Below are positions 48,536 to 58,487 of a stretch of 64,000 bases of DNA, in pieces (position 1 is the stretch's first letter; every line of letters starts with the position of its first letter). Source of the stretch: Bacteriovoracia bacterium. Its GTDB lineage: Bacteria; Bdellovibrionota; UBA1018; CAIPTA01. The position numbers and the translations under genes are program-made. The notes beneath the pieces are model-generated. The model saw only the letters and a list, made by a program, of their open reading frames with translations. It was not told the origin of the DNA and ran no database searches. The stretch covers positions 128,001-192,000 of the forward strand of contig JBFWVL010000003.1 in assembly GCA_050246755.1 (NCBI GenBank). Direction: 5' to 3'.

Positions 48536-49282
48536 CTACCCCTCACGCCGGAAGATTTCCCGCGCCTTTTCTAAATCCGATTCCGTATCCACGCTTTGCC
48601 CACCCGCGGCCGTGCGTCCCATGCCGATCTTGATCCCGTTATGCAGCGCCCGCAGCTGCTCGAGGCTTTCGGCACGCTCGATCACGGGCTGGCTCCAAGT
48701 GGGGAATTCTAGCAGAAAGCTGCGCTGATACACGTAGATCCCCAGATGTTTTCCGAAGAAAGGATCTTTCAGCAGCTCTTCGTCGCTGAGCGCATTTTGC
48801 CGGAAGGGAATAGCGTAGCGCGAAAAATAAATCGCGTTCGAATTTTTATCTGTAATTACTTTTACGTTCGAAGGCTCAAGCACTTCTTCCCAGGTTTTGA
48901 AGCTCGTATAAGCGGACCCCATCTGGCAGCCGCGTTTTAAAACGGGATCAAGCGCGGCCTCGATGGCGAGCGGGCTCATCACGGGCTCGTCGCCCTGGAG
49001 GTTCACGATGATTTCTTCCGGGAGATTTTTCGCCGCGAAGGCCACGCGTTCCGTGCCGGACTGGAGCTCGGGAGTCATCACGGCCTCAAAGCCTGCGCTC
49101 TTCACGACACTTAGGATTTCTTCGGAATCGGTGGCCACCAGGATACGGTTCACGCTCTTCACGCGCTGCGCGCGCTCAGCCACCCGAACTACCATGGGCT
49201 GCCCTTCAATATCCGCCAGCGCTTTTCGGGCCAGTCTCGTGCTCCCGAGTCGCGCCGGAATGATCAAGGCGACTTTGCTCAT
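48536..49282 (-). CDS. kdsB: CMP-KDO synthetase
   Basis: IPARLGSTRL, NLQGDEP, YFSR, ESLEQLR. Confidence 0.96.
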   Translation of the reverse strand: MSKVALIIPARLGSTRLARKALADIEGQPMVVRVAERAQRVKSVNRILVATDSEEILSVVKSAGFEAVMTPELQSGTERVAFAAKNLPEEIIVNLQGDEPVMSPLAIEAALDPVLKRGCQMGSAYTSFKTWEEVLEPSNVKVITDKNSNAIYFSRYAIPFRQNALSDEELLKDPFFGKHLGIYVYQRSFLLEFPTWSQPVIERAESLEQLRALHNGIKIGMGRTAAGGQSVDTESDLEKAREIFRREG

Positions 49283-49365
49283 GGGATTTTATCCTACTAG
49301 AGTAGACGCCAAAGGGTAAGAGAAACCGCGACTAACGCGGGCGATTGGACGGCCGCAGCACGATC

Positions 49366-51258
49366 CTAGCTCTTGGGAGTTCCACAATGGTCGGCTACGC
49401 GCCGATAACTTTGCTCATAGGCCGACCAACGAGTACCGGGATTCAGCTTCCTCAGCAATGCAACTGCCCGGGAACAGTTCTTTTCCAGAACGGCGATGCC
49501 GACCAAGGCTTCCCTCGCCCGCCACTTCATCGTTTCCGGAATTTCGGACTCTTCGATATCGAGAAGGAAATTTTTTAGTGTGAGCCGCGCCCCTCTGCTC
49601 ACCCTTAGCCGCACAACTTCCAGCTTCCAGGGATTTCCCGAATTTTTAATTTCCGCGAAACTAGGCCGGCTGCGCTTATAGCGAACTTCGGCCAAAGATT
49701 TTTCCGTTTGCTCTTTCCTTGCCACCAAGAAAATATTTTGGGGCTCAGCCCCTTTCTCCTCGAGCGCCTCGATCATGATCTGGGCCTGCGTGGTGGCGCG
49801 CTCTATCGCCTGCCACTCGCCCACGAAGCGCATCCCGCGCGCCTGCGATCCGTAGTATTCCCGCATCGTAAAACCGGTAAGGGAATACGTTCGGCCCGAG
49901 CTCAAGGCAAACATGAAGGCCCAGTCTCCGGCCTGCCCTTCTTTTTCTAGCCAAGCATACAACGCCGGAATGCCCATATCCTGCTCTTTGAACGTTTCGG
50001 CGCTGGCCCTTGCTAGATAGGCGGCCGCGGGCAATAGCAAGCAACCCAATGCCACGGCTTTCATCCTATGGTTTCGCGTAAAATCGAGACCGCCATCGAC
50101 ACCATACGCGAGCGCGGCGAGGTAAAGGGGAACGCCGAGTAAAAGATAGCGCTGGTAAAAAATAAAATTCACCACCGTGCCGAATACGAGCAAAAGCAGG
50201 ATGGGAAAAATTAGGGCCACGGCCGCGATCAAAAACGGAAAGCGCGAGCCCGAGCGGCGGAGGAAAAAAAATGGAAAGGGCAAAACGGCCAACGGCATCA
50301 GCCACGGATACTCCAGCACGGATCTGCCCACCTCCACGAATCTGGGTAGCAGGCTCCATAGCGATTTCCACTGCGGGAACGCGTGGAGGTATTCGTCCCG
50401 CATGGCAAAAATCGTCAGCTGAAAAGGAAGAAAGAGCAGCGCGACCAGCAGTAAAGAAAGAGCCGGCTTCCATCGCTCTTTACCCTTCATGATAGCCCAG
50501 AGGAGCGAAAAAGTTCCGGCGATCAGGGCCGGTTGTAGGGAAAGGGAAAGAAAGAAAAAAAGATTCGTAGCACACAACCCCACCCACGCGCGGCGGGAAG
50601 AAGTTTCCAGATCCAGGGAGGCGTGCAGGTAGAGCAGCAGAAAAAAGACTCCGCTTGTATAAGGACGCGCTTCCACGGCGTACGCCAGCAACCAAGGATT
50701 GCCGACGAAAAAAGCCGCGCCGATCAAGGCCACCGCCGGGCTGCGGCAAGTGCGAAGCAAGAGGAGCGCGAATAGGGGCACGCTCAGGGAAGCCAAAGTG
50801 GTGGAAAAAATGCGAAGACCGAAAAGATTCGTGCCGAATAATTTACGCCCCAGCAGAGAGAGGTAATAAAAAAACGGGGGCTGCTGTACCCAGGCGGCCA
50901 TTTGCGCCGTGCTGTGGGAAAAAAACAAACGCCCGCTATTGATGTCCTCGTCTTGCGAGGGCACCAGGCTTTCCAGGTGCCGGAAACGGAGATACGCGCC
51001 GAAGGCCGTAAGCAAAATGGCGCCGAATATCCACCAGAGGGGCACCGCCTGCTTTCCTTCCGCGGAATAGGAATAGAACATTGCCGCGGCGCCCACACTC
51101 ACCAGAACCAGGTAATAGAGGCCCAGGGCCTCATGGTTCCCCCAAAGGAGAGTGGAGGCTAAAGCCGCGATCACGGCTAGCCCCGCCACCAACAGGCCCG
51201 TGGCGCGCGCCACTCCGCCCGCGGAAAGCAGAAGGTTTTGCTGAACGTTGATCTTCAT
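49366..51258 (-). CDS. GT-C membrane glycosyltransferase (GT39/ArnT-like)
   Basis: Many TM helices; QDE, QPPFFY, EARPY, QRYL. Confidence 0.78.
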   Translation of the reverse strand: MKINVQQNLLLSAGGVARATGLLVAGLAVIAALASTLLWGNHEALGLYYLVLVSVGAAAMFYSYSAEGKQAVPLWWIFGAILLTAFGAYLRFRHLESLVPSQDEDINSGRLFFSHSTAQMAAWVQQPPFFYYLSLLGRKLFGTNLFGLRIFSTTLASLSVPLFALLLLRTCRSPAVALIGAAFFVGNPWLLAYAVEARPYTSGVFFLLLYLHASLDLETSSRRAWVGLCATNLFFFLSLSLQPALIAGTFSLLWAIMKGKERWKPALSLLLVALLFLPFQLTIFAMRDEYLHAFPQWKSLWSLLPRFVEVGRSVLEYPWLMPLAVLPFPFFFLRRSGSRFPFLIAAVALIFPILLLLVFGTVVNFIFYQRYLLLGVPLYLAALAYGVDGGLDFTRNHRMKAVALGCLLLPAAAYLARASAETFKEQDMGIPALYAWLEKEGQAGDWAFMFALSSGRTYSLTGFTMREYYGSQARGMRFVGEWQAIERATTQAQIMIEALEEKGAEPQNIFLVARKEQTEKSLAEVRYKRSRPSFAEIKNSGNPWKLEVVRLRVSRGARLTLKNFLLDIEESEIPETMKWRAREALVGIAVLEKNCSRAVALLRKLNPGTRWSAYEQSYRRVADHCGTPKS

Positions 51259-51298
51259 TTCTTCAGGGATGCTACCACTGGGTGGCTTTTCGCCAAAG

Positions 51299-52402
51299 CT
51301 ACTTGCCCACTGGCATCAAGCTGGTGTCCAGCTCGGGGCGCCATTGGCCACGCCACTCTTTGAGCCGAATCCGCGCGCGCTGCCCGGAATTGGGAGGAGC
51401 CAGCTCTACGAAGCCGTAGGTGAGCCGGGTTTGCAGGCCGAAATCTGCGATATCCAGGCTCGTCACTTCGTTCCAGGTACCGGTATTGAAATATTCTTTG
51501 CCCCCGCCCCACTGCCGGTAGCGCGAAACGTGGGTATGGCCAAAAATAATCGCGTTGAGGTGGGGATTCTGGCGCAGGATCTTGCGCGCTTCCTTCACGA
51601 AGCTCGGATAGATCGTGGTGCCTTTCATGCGTGCCCAGCTCATCCCAAAATCGAGCAAGGGATGGCGGCGCGCCAGGAAAAACATCCGAATGAAGGAATA
51701 GGTGATGAAAACACCGGTCTTCACCGCGAATACCGTATCGTGCATGAGAGCCCAACGCATATAACCCGTAAATGGTTTTACTTTGTCCACGAAGGGGCGC
51801 TCTTTTTTTATCTTGGGTAAAAAGAGCGTAACGAAGAGCGAAGCCCAGGGCAGGTTCAGCACGGGCTCCGGATAATCGGGGTCGCGGAGAATGAATTTTT
51901 GGGGATGGGTGGCATTGATGGCTTCATACATATGCCCATGCTCCACGCGCACGTGGTCGAACTCGTAGTAGGTATCGTAGAAGCGGAGCTTGGATCCCAC
52001 GGCCTCCCTTAGAATTTTGCGGGGCAAATCGAAGAGTAGGCCGATATCGTGGTTGCCAATCACGTAGGCGATCTCGTGATTGGGCGCTTCGGAAAAGGAA
52101 CGGAGCGCCTCGAAGACCTCGGGGTGCCCGGCGATGATCGCCTGGGTAAAGTGCCCCATCATCTTCTCGGTCACGAGGTAGGTATGCACGCCAAGGTAAT
52201 CGATCTGGAGGAGATTCAAAAAATCCCCGTTGATGATGAGCTCTACTTCGGCGTCGGCGAACTCGCCGCTTTTGTAGTAGTTCAGGAACTCCACGAAGGA
52301 GCGGCCGTGCTGGAAATCCTCGAGAATATTCACCGTCCCGTCTTTTAGGATGGGTCCCTTCCCGATATGGAAGTCATTCACGATGATTTTAACTTTTCTC
52401 AA
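51299..52402 (-). CDS. Calcineurin-like metallophosphoesterase
   Basis: DFHIG, GDFLN, GNHD, HGH, GHTH, NTGTW. Confidence 0.88.
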   Translation of the reverse strand: MRKVKIIVNDFHIGKGPILKDGTVNILEDFQHGRSFVEFLNYYKSGEFADAEVELIINGDFLNLLQIDYLGVHTYLVTEKMMGHFTQAIIAGHPEVFEALRSFSEAPNHEIAYVIGNHDIGLLFDLPRKILREAVGSKLRFYDTYYEFDHVRVEHGHMYEAINATHPQKFILRDPDYPEPVLNLPWASLFVTLFLPKIKKERPFVDKVKPFTGYMRWALMHDTVFAVKTGVFITYSFIRMFFLARRHPLLDFGMSWARMKGTTIYPSFVKEARKILRQNPHLNAIIFGHTHVSRYRQWGGGKEYFNTGTWNEVTSLDIADFGLQTRLTYGFVELAPPNSGQRARIRLKEWRGQWRPELDTSLMPVGK

Positions 52403-52406
52403 GCGC

Positions 52407-53276
52407 CTATTCCTTGATCTTCGAAGTGGCGGCGATCACGCTATTGCGCACGGCTTTTTTCACGCCGTAGAGGGCCTCGTCGGCCGCCTTGAGGATCTGC
52501 GTTTTAGTGGCTGCGTGAAGAGGAACCGAGGCCACGCCGATGCTCGCGGTGAGACGGATGTCCATATTGTCCCGGGCCAGGAAGCGCTTCTTTTCGATCT
52601 GCACGCGGATCCGCTCGGCCACGTAGATGGCGGCGTCCAGGCCGGTATGCGAGAGAATGATCACGAACTCGTCGCCGCCGTAACGGAAGGTGATATCGGA
52701 TTCCCGGAGCGCACGCTTGATCTCTTCGCCCACCTCGTAGAGCAGGCGGCTGCCGATCAGGTGCCCGTGAGTGTCGTTCACGGCCTTGAAATGGTCGAGG
52801 TCCAGGAAGAGCACGGAAAACTCGGTGTCGTTCCGCTTGGCGAGGGACAGCTCGCGATCAAGAATCACTTCGAGGTAACGCTGGTTGTAGAGGCCGGTGA
52901 GATCGTCGGTATAAGTAAGGCCCTTGAGGTCCACGAGCGCCTGCATGCGCTCCCGGAAAAAACGGACGATGCGCTCCAAGATCTCACTCTCTTCGGGAAA
53001 AAGATCGGCGCTGCCGGGTTTGTCGAGCTCGAACACGAGTGGCACGGAGAGCGCGAGCAGTACTTTGGTTTTTCCGCCCTCCTGGTAGACGAGCTCGCCC
53101 TTGCCGATGCGGGCGATTTCCGGCGCTTCGCCCGAAAGCTCGCGCTGCTCCAGCTTAGCGGGCTGAAAACGTCGCTCCACATAACGCGCGAAGCTTTCCA
53201 CCGCCGAGAGATTTTCCTTGGCGGCGGAAAATTCGAGCGAAAGATCGAGGAGTAATTTTTCCTGATCGCGGGTCAT
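52407..53276 (-). CDS. Diguanylate cyclase (GGDEF)
   Basis: DDLTGLYN, DLDHFKAVNDTHGHLIG, I-site RESD, RYGGDEF, ADEALY. Confidence 0.93.
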   Translation of the reverse strand: MTRDQEKLLLDLSLEFSAAKENLSAVESFARYVERRFQPAKLEQRELSGEAPEIARIGKGELVYQEGGKTKVLLALSVPLVFELDKPGSADLFPEESEILERIVRFFRERMQALVDLKGLTYTDDLTGLYNQRYLEVILDRELSLAKRNDTEFSVLFLDLDHFKAVNDTHGHLIGSRLLYEVGEEIKRALRESDITFRYGGDEFVIILSHTGLDAAIYVAERIRVQIEKKRFLARDNMDIRLTASIGVASVPLHAATKTQILKAADEALYGVKKAVRNSVIAATSKIKE

Positions 53277-53303
53277 AGCAAAGTCAGGCCGGAATACGTC
53301 TTA

Positions 53304-54620
53304 TTAGCCGGAAGACGACTCAGGCTCTCCTCCAGCATTTTCCATATCGGCGGTAGAAATCATCTGCGTGGCTTCGCCCTGATTGGCGAGCGCATCCAAG
53401 GCTTCCTGGTCGAGGGAAACCTCCTCATCGGTGGGCGGCGTTTCGGCGCCGGCGGGAGCGGCGGGCGCCGAGGCGGCCACGGGCTCTTCGGCTTGGGCCG
53501 CGCCGCCGTAGACCGGTTCGAGCTCATCGAGCTCTTCTTCGCCAGTATGATCTTCCTCGATCATGCCGGTGGCGATGTGCAGCGCACGGGCCACGCGGGA
53601 GAGCTTTGCGAGGTAGCGCTCGGCTTCCATCTGCGCCTGCACGCGGCCATCCTGAATCTGGTCGAGGTCGTATTCCAAGGCATCGATCTTGCGCTGGAGT
53701 TCGAAAACTTTTTCGTCGCGGGCCTGCAGCAAGGTGGAAGAGTCTTTGCGCATCAATTCGAGGCGCGCCTCGAGATCGCGCTCGTTTTCGCGGATCTTGC
53801 GGATGTCTTTACGCACCCTCACGCGCAGATTCTCGTATTTTTCGCCGGCTTCGCTGATCTGCGCTTCCATCGCTTTTACTTTGTCGCTCTGGGTTTTGGC
53901 GACGCGCTCAAATTCTTCCTTGGCCTGCAGCTGCTCGCGCTCGCGAGCACTACGCTCTTCTTCCATGGCGGAAATTTTCTTCGTGAGCTCATCGTGCAGG
54001 TGCTCGAACTCGCGGAGCTTGGATTGCAGCTGGTGAGCCTCCTTGCGAATCCGCTCGTTCTCGCGGCTCAGCTCTTCGCGCTCGCCTTCAGAGATCTCGA
54101 GCTGTTCTTCTTTAATACGGAGATATTTGCGGAGGACCTCTTCATCCTGGGCCTCGGCGGCGGCGCTCGCTTTACGTTTAGATTTTTTGGGCGCGTCGGA
54201 GAGCGGCTCTTCGGCCGGAGGGTTCAGGCTAAACGAGGCGAGGTCGGCTACGGAGATTTTAAAGATATCGGCCACCATGCTGAGAAACCCGGCTGGGGGC
54301 ATCGGCACGCGGGCGTAGCGATGCGCCGCCCCAGGCGTTTTTGCGTGGGAGCGAAATTCTTCCTTCGACCATTCCGAGGAAGTAAGAATCAACTTTTTGC
54401 CACTTTCGGCAATAGCTTTGCGCGCCGCCACGAGCAAGGGCGCCACGCCGGAAATCTCGGCGCGCACGATAATCAAATCAAAATCTGTTTGGGATAGAAG
54501 AGGGAAAGCCTCTTCCACGGAGGAAATACGGCGCAGTTCCACCCCCGAATTCTCGAGAGTTTTCCATCCGCTGGCTTCAGTCCAGGGGTTTTCGTCGGCA
54601 TCGACCCAGAGAACGCGCAT
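53304..54620 (-). CDS. Pseudo-receiver plus long coiled-coil protein (FrzS/AglZ-like architecture)
   Basis: Receiver-like N-terminus with FDLIIVR (R in place of the phospho-Asp), heptad-rich middle, acidic tail. Confidence 0.7.
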   Translation of the reverse strand: MRVLWVDADENPWTEASGWKTLENSGVELRRISSVEEAFPLLSQTDFDLIIVRAEISGVAPLLVAARKAIAESGKKLILTSSEWSKEEFRSHAKTPGAAHRYARVPMPPAGFLSMVADIFKISVADLASFSLNPPAEEPLSDAPKKSKRKASAAAEAQDEEVLRKYLRIKEEQLEISEGEREELSRENERIRKEAHQLQSKLREFEHLHDELTKKISAMEEERSAREREQLQAKEEFERVAKTQSDKVKAMEAQISEAGEKYENLRVRVRKDIRKIRENERDLEARLELMRKDSSTLLQARDEKVFELQRKIDALEYDLDQIQDGRVQAQMEAERYLAKLSRVARALHIATGMIEEDHTGEEELDELEPVYGGAAQAEEPVAASAPAAPAGAETPPTDEEVSLDQEALDALANQGEATQMISTADMENAGGEPESSSG

Positions 54621-54666
54621 CCTTGCTTCCTCTACTCAAGGGAACTGTCCTGTTCCCAGTCTTTTT

Positions 54667-54695
54667 ATTGTACGTGGGGTATAAGTCCCTGTCAA
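54667..54695 (-). promoter_or_regulatory. Sigma70 promoter
   Basis: TTGACA-N17-TACAAT upstream of 54620. Confidence 0.75.
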
Positions 54696-54758
54696 AAAAC
54701 AGGAATTGACAAGAGAAGGGTATGATTCTTAGCATATCGAAGAAAGCGAGCGATCCAC

Positions 54759-55616
54759 TTGAATATTGAACCAAAGCGGGAAAACCCCAGCCTTTCCGAC
54801 GAGCTAACCGTAGTTTTCCTGCGTGGAAACGGAAGCCCTCGCACTTTCCGTGTACCCCTCGTATTGGTACAGCGGGCATTAACCGCCATTTCCTTCTCTT
54901 TTTGCCTGGCCGTACTGGCGGCGATTTTCTTTTTCGGGCTTAACCTCTTACACCCTTCCGACTATTTACCCAGCACTACCCCCCCTCCAGTAGCGATGGC
55001 TCCCGTGGCCCCGGCGCCGGTGCCCGCCGAAACTCCGACTGAAACCGCCAAGCCCGGCCTTTGGCAAAAACTCGCGGGCTCGGGCACTTCGCCTAGCTCC
55101 AGTGACTCCGAGTTAAAGAAAGAGGTGGACGGCCTCCACCAAGATATCGCGCGGCTCAATTCGCAGATCGACTCCCGCAAGGAATTGCCCAAGAAAGTGA
55201 ACGACGCTTCCGTGCTCCAGCTCTTCGGCCCCCGCTCCGTGGTGATGACGGAAGCCGAAACGAATATCCGCGTGAAAAACGCGAAATTCATCCGCGATCC
55301 CGGCGCGAAGGACGTAACGCTCAGCTTTGAGTTGCACAATATCGATCCCGCCCAGAAACAAGAGCGGGGCTATATCGTGGCGATCGCTAAAACCAGTGAC
55401 ATGCTGCTCGTGTATCCGCCCACCGCCTTCAATCCCAACCAGAATATCGTGCTCGACTTCACCAAAGGCGAAACCTTCGGGATCTCGCGCTTTCGCGCCG
55501 CCACCGCCACCTTCTCCGCGGCGGCCCTGGCCAATAAGCAAGTACGCTTTCAGATTCTTTTGTTCTCAACCGACGGGCGCATCATCGCGAACCAACATGT
55601 GGAGGAAAAGCCATAA
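54759..55616 (+). CDS. Membrane-anchored hypothetical protein (TM, Pro-rich, short coiled coil)
   Basis: TTG start; TM helix; stop overlaps the bactofilin start. Confidence 0.75.
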   Translation: MNIEPKRENPSLSDELTVVFLRGNGSPRTFRVPLVLVQRALTAISFSFCLAVLAAIFFFGLNLLHPSDYLPSTTPPPVAMAPVAPAPVPAETPTETAKPGLWQKLAGSGTSPSSSDSELKKEVDGLHQDIARLNSQIDSRKELPKKVNDASVLQLFGPRSVVMTEAETNIRVKNAKFIRDPGAKDVTLSFELHNIDPAQKQERGYIVAIAKTSDMLLVYPPTAFNPNQNIVLDFTKGETFGISRFRAATATFSAAALANKQVRFQILLFSTDGRIIANQHVEEKP

Positions 55617-56023
55617 TGGAATGGAAAGCAATTCCCGGGCGCCAACTCGAATCTGAACTTACCCTGCTCAGCCAAGGCTCGCTCATCAAGGGCGAGGTAA
55701 CTTTCGACCGCGTGGCACGTATCCACGGCCGCATCGAAGGAAAAGTTTTGGGGCTGGATGGCAGCGTGATCATCGTGGGCGAAACCGCCTCGGTGCATGG
55801 AGAGATCGATGGCGATGAGGTGATCGTGGACGGATTTGTGTACGGCGATGTCCGCGCGAAGCGCAAAGTGACCGTTTCGGAATGTGGGCGCCTCATCGGC
55901 AACGTACATAGCCCGAAATTTGAAGTGAAGTTCGGCGCGCATTTCGAGGGCAAGGCGATCACGAGCACCGCCCTTCCCACCCGCGCCAAGGAAAAATCCA
56001 AGGCCAGCGAAGCCCGCGCTTAA
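55616..56023 (+). CDS. Bactofilin (polymer-forming cytoskeletal protein)
   Basis: GSLIKGEV, RIHGRIEG, VDGFVYGDV, GAHFEG repeats. Confidence 0.92.
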   Translation: MEWKAIPGRQLESELTLLSQGSLIKGEVTFDRVARIHGRIEGKVLGLDGSVIIVGETASVHGEIDGDEVIVDGFVYGDVRAKRKVTVSECGRLIGNVHSPKFEVKFGAHFEGKAITSTALPTRAKEKSKASEARA

Positions 56024-57009
56024 AGCCAGCCGTTGTCTTTATACCACTTCGCGGTTTGAGCGAATCCGCGCTCGAGATCCCAGTAGGGCTCGAATTTTAA
56101 TTCACGCTTGGCCTTCTCGTTCGAGCAGGTCCAGGCCATCGCGGCGATTTCTTTTACTTTATCCAGCGAGAAGGGCAGTGCTTTCCCCGAAGCCAGCGAG
56201 AAAGCGGTGCAGAGCGCGCCGGCCCCCTTCATCACCGGAATCGGCAGGCGCAAGGGCATTGGACGCTTCTGCATCCCCTTCGCCACGAGCCGCATCGCCT
56301 CTTCCCAGGAAAATTCCCCGTTCCCCGAAATATAGAAAATTTCTCCGCTCTTGAGCTGCTTCGCCTCGCCCGCGAGCGCAATTCCCTGCACGAGATCATC
56401 CACGTGCACGAAACTATAGCGGCGCGGATCCGGACTCTGCATTCCCAGCAATGGCAAAAGGCCGCGCTGGATCATCTGGAAAAAAGTGAATACCCCGCGA
56501 TCGCGAGGCCCATAGACGGCGGGAGGGCGAATGATCGTGACGGGTATTTCATCCTTGGCCGCGAGTACTTCCCTTTCACCGCCGAGCTTGCTCTCTCCGT
56601 AGAAAGAAACCGGGCGGGTTTCGTCGCTCTCCAGATTCAGGCGATCAGGCTGGGACGGGCCCGCCGCCGCGAGAGAGCTTACGTAGACCAAGCGCTGGAG
56701 CTTGGGATTCTTCTTCGCCGCTTCCACGATATTGCGCGTGCCCGCCGCGTTAGCGGAAAAAAAATCTTCGCGGTTCCTCGCGGCCACCACCCCGGCCACG
56801 TGGTAGATCACGTCCACGTTGCGCACCGCCTGCACTAAACTTTCCGCGCTCCGTAAATCGCCCTCTACGGGCGTAAGCTTGGCGTGGCCCAAATTGCTGC
56901 GCGAGCTGGTTTTACGCATCAGCGCCTGCACTTCCACGCCGCGCTTATTGAGCTCTTCGCAGAGAGTGCTGCCCACGAATCCACTGGCCCCGGTAATTAA
57001 TGCTCGCAT
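56020..57009 (-). CDS. NAD-dependent epimerase/dehydratase (extended SDR)
   Basis: TGASGFVG, HVAG, YGESK, RPPAVYGP. Confidence 0.9.
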   Translation of the reverse strand: MRALITGASGFVGSTLCEELNKRGVEVQALMRKTSSRSNLGHAKLTPVEGDLRSAESLVQAVRNVDVIYHVAGVVAARNREDFFSANAAGTRNIVEAAKKNPKLQRLVYVSSLAAAGPSQPDRLNLESDETRPVSFYGESKLGGEREVLAAKDEIPVTIIRPPAVYGPRDRGVFTFFQMIQRGLLPLLGMQSPDPRRYSFVHVDDLVQGIALAGEAKQLKSGEIFYISGNGEFSWEEAMRLVAKGMQKRPMPLRLPIPVMKGAGALCTAFSLASGKALPFSLDKVKEIAAMAWTCSNEKAKRELKFEPYWDLERGFAQTAKWYKDNGWL

Positions 57010-57048
57010 AGGGACTACTTACTATGGTTATCGGAGATTCGCATTTTT

Positions 57049-57888
57049 TTAACGGTAAGGAGTGGGCGGGGCGGAAAGAAAACTACCGAAGAACTGCCGC
57101 AGTGTGCGAGCCTTCCGTATATTCCGGGTCATAACTTTCCATCCGTGGAGATTTACCGTGAGGGGATTATAGGTGACCGGCATTCCCTCCACGCCGTATA
57201 CCATCGGGATCCCCTTCTTTTCTTCCACCAGAGTTCCGAAGAGCCGGTCAAAGACAATCAGCAGTCCGCCATAGTTGCAGCCTTGGTACTCCCTATTCAT
57301 CGAGTGGTGGGCTCGGTGCCGCGCGGGCGTATTCACCACGTAGGCCAGCCAGCCGAGATTGGGATTCCATTCCGTGTGGATCCACAGCTGCAGCCGGAGC
57401 TGCAAGCGGTAGGCAAACATAAAAATCTCCGGACGAAGGCCGAGAAGAAATACCGGCAGCATCAGAACATAGCCCGTGAGAAAAAAATTCCCTCCAAGCC
57501 AGCCCAGGGTATCACTGGTAGCGAAATTCATTCGGCGCGGAGAATGATGCACGGAATGCGTGGCCCAGAAAAGACTCACCCGGTGCAATAGGCGATGATG
57601 CCAGTAGTAGATAAATTCCACGAACACGAATACCAGCACCCAGAGCAGAGGGCCGGAAATCTCGAGCGTGAAAAGGCGGCGGCCGTAGAACCAGTCGTTG
57701 AGCGCCGTGCCGGCCAGGTAAATAGAAGTGAGACCTAGGAGATTACGGCCCAGTTTATGGCCGAGGTAGGTGAGAAACTGCTTCCAGTCGTAGCCCCCCT
57801 TCGTGAATGTGAAAAAAACGCCCTCGCCCACCACGAGAAATAACTCGATCGTGAGGAAGATGCCTAAAATTGCAGTCATACTTTTCAT
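57049..57888 (-). CDS. Sterol desaturase/fatty-acid hydroxylase family protein (paralogue 1)
   Basis: HHRLLH, HSVHHS, WIH, HRAHHS, NYGG..FDRLFGT; start moved to 57888. Confidence 0.88.
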   Translation of the reverse strand: MKSMTAILGIFLTIELFLVVGEGVFFTFTKGGYDWKQFLTYLGHKLGRNLLGLTSIYLAGTALNDWFYGRRLFTLEISGPLLWVLVFVFVEFIYYWHHRLLHRVSLFWATHSVHHSPRRMNFATSDTLGWLGGNFFLTGYVLMLPVFLLGLRPEIFMFAYRLQLRLQLWIHTEWNPNLGWLAYVVNTPARHRAHHSMNREYQGCNYGGLLIVFDRLFGTLVEEKKGIPMVYGVEGMPVTYNPLTVNLHGWKVMTRNIRKARTLRQFFGSFLSAPPTPYR

Positions 57889-57995
57889 TTGGGCTTGCTC
57901 TGATAGTAAGCAAAGAAGTCCGCTAGCGCCAAGTTTTGACAGCCCGAAACCACGCGTGGTAAGACGCGGCAAATCAAATTTTAGGAGGCTGCCCC

Positions 57996-58481
57996 ATGTG
58001 GAAAAATTTTACCTTCGCCCTCATTGCCCTCACCCTGCTCAGCGCCTGCGGATCGGGTAAAAGCAATTCTCCCGCCTCCGCTCCGGTTCCCGCCCAGCCC
58101 AAGCCCCAGCGCGTTGACCTCGCTAAATTCCCCAATGAAGCCGGTACGCCCTTCGGCCGCTGGGCCACTGCTCCGCAGGCGGTGGAAGCCGATCGTTTCC
58201 AGTATAAGTTTTACGTGAATCGCGCGGAAGAAACCGCCATGCAGCTAGATTGCATAATGGACGGCAAAAATATGACCGGCTATGAAATGCTCCGCACCCG
58301 CATCGAAGGCAATACCCTCAAGCTCCTCGAAGCCACTACGATCACCGCCAGAGGCGAAAACGGAGCTTCCGGCTGCCAGGCTGAATTTGAAGCGGGTTCC
58401 TTTCGCTGGGAATATAGCGGGGATTTCTTGTCGCTCACGAATTTGCAAACCGGCGAGCGCACAGATTTCTCCCGCTTCTAA
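57996..58481 (+). CDS. Lipoprotein (lipocalin-like beta fold)
   Basis: AGGAGG RBS; lipobox LSAC; GRW motif. Confidence 0.75.
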   Translation: MWKNFTFALIALTLLSACGSGKSNSPASAPVPAQPKPQRVDLAKFPNEAGTPFGRWATAPQAVEADRFQYKFYVNRAEETAMQLDCIMDGKNMTGYEMLRTRIEGNTLKLLEATTITARGENGASGCQAEFEAGSFRWEYSGDFLSLTNLQTGERTDFSRF

Positions 58482-58487
58482 AAACGC

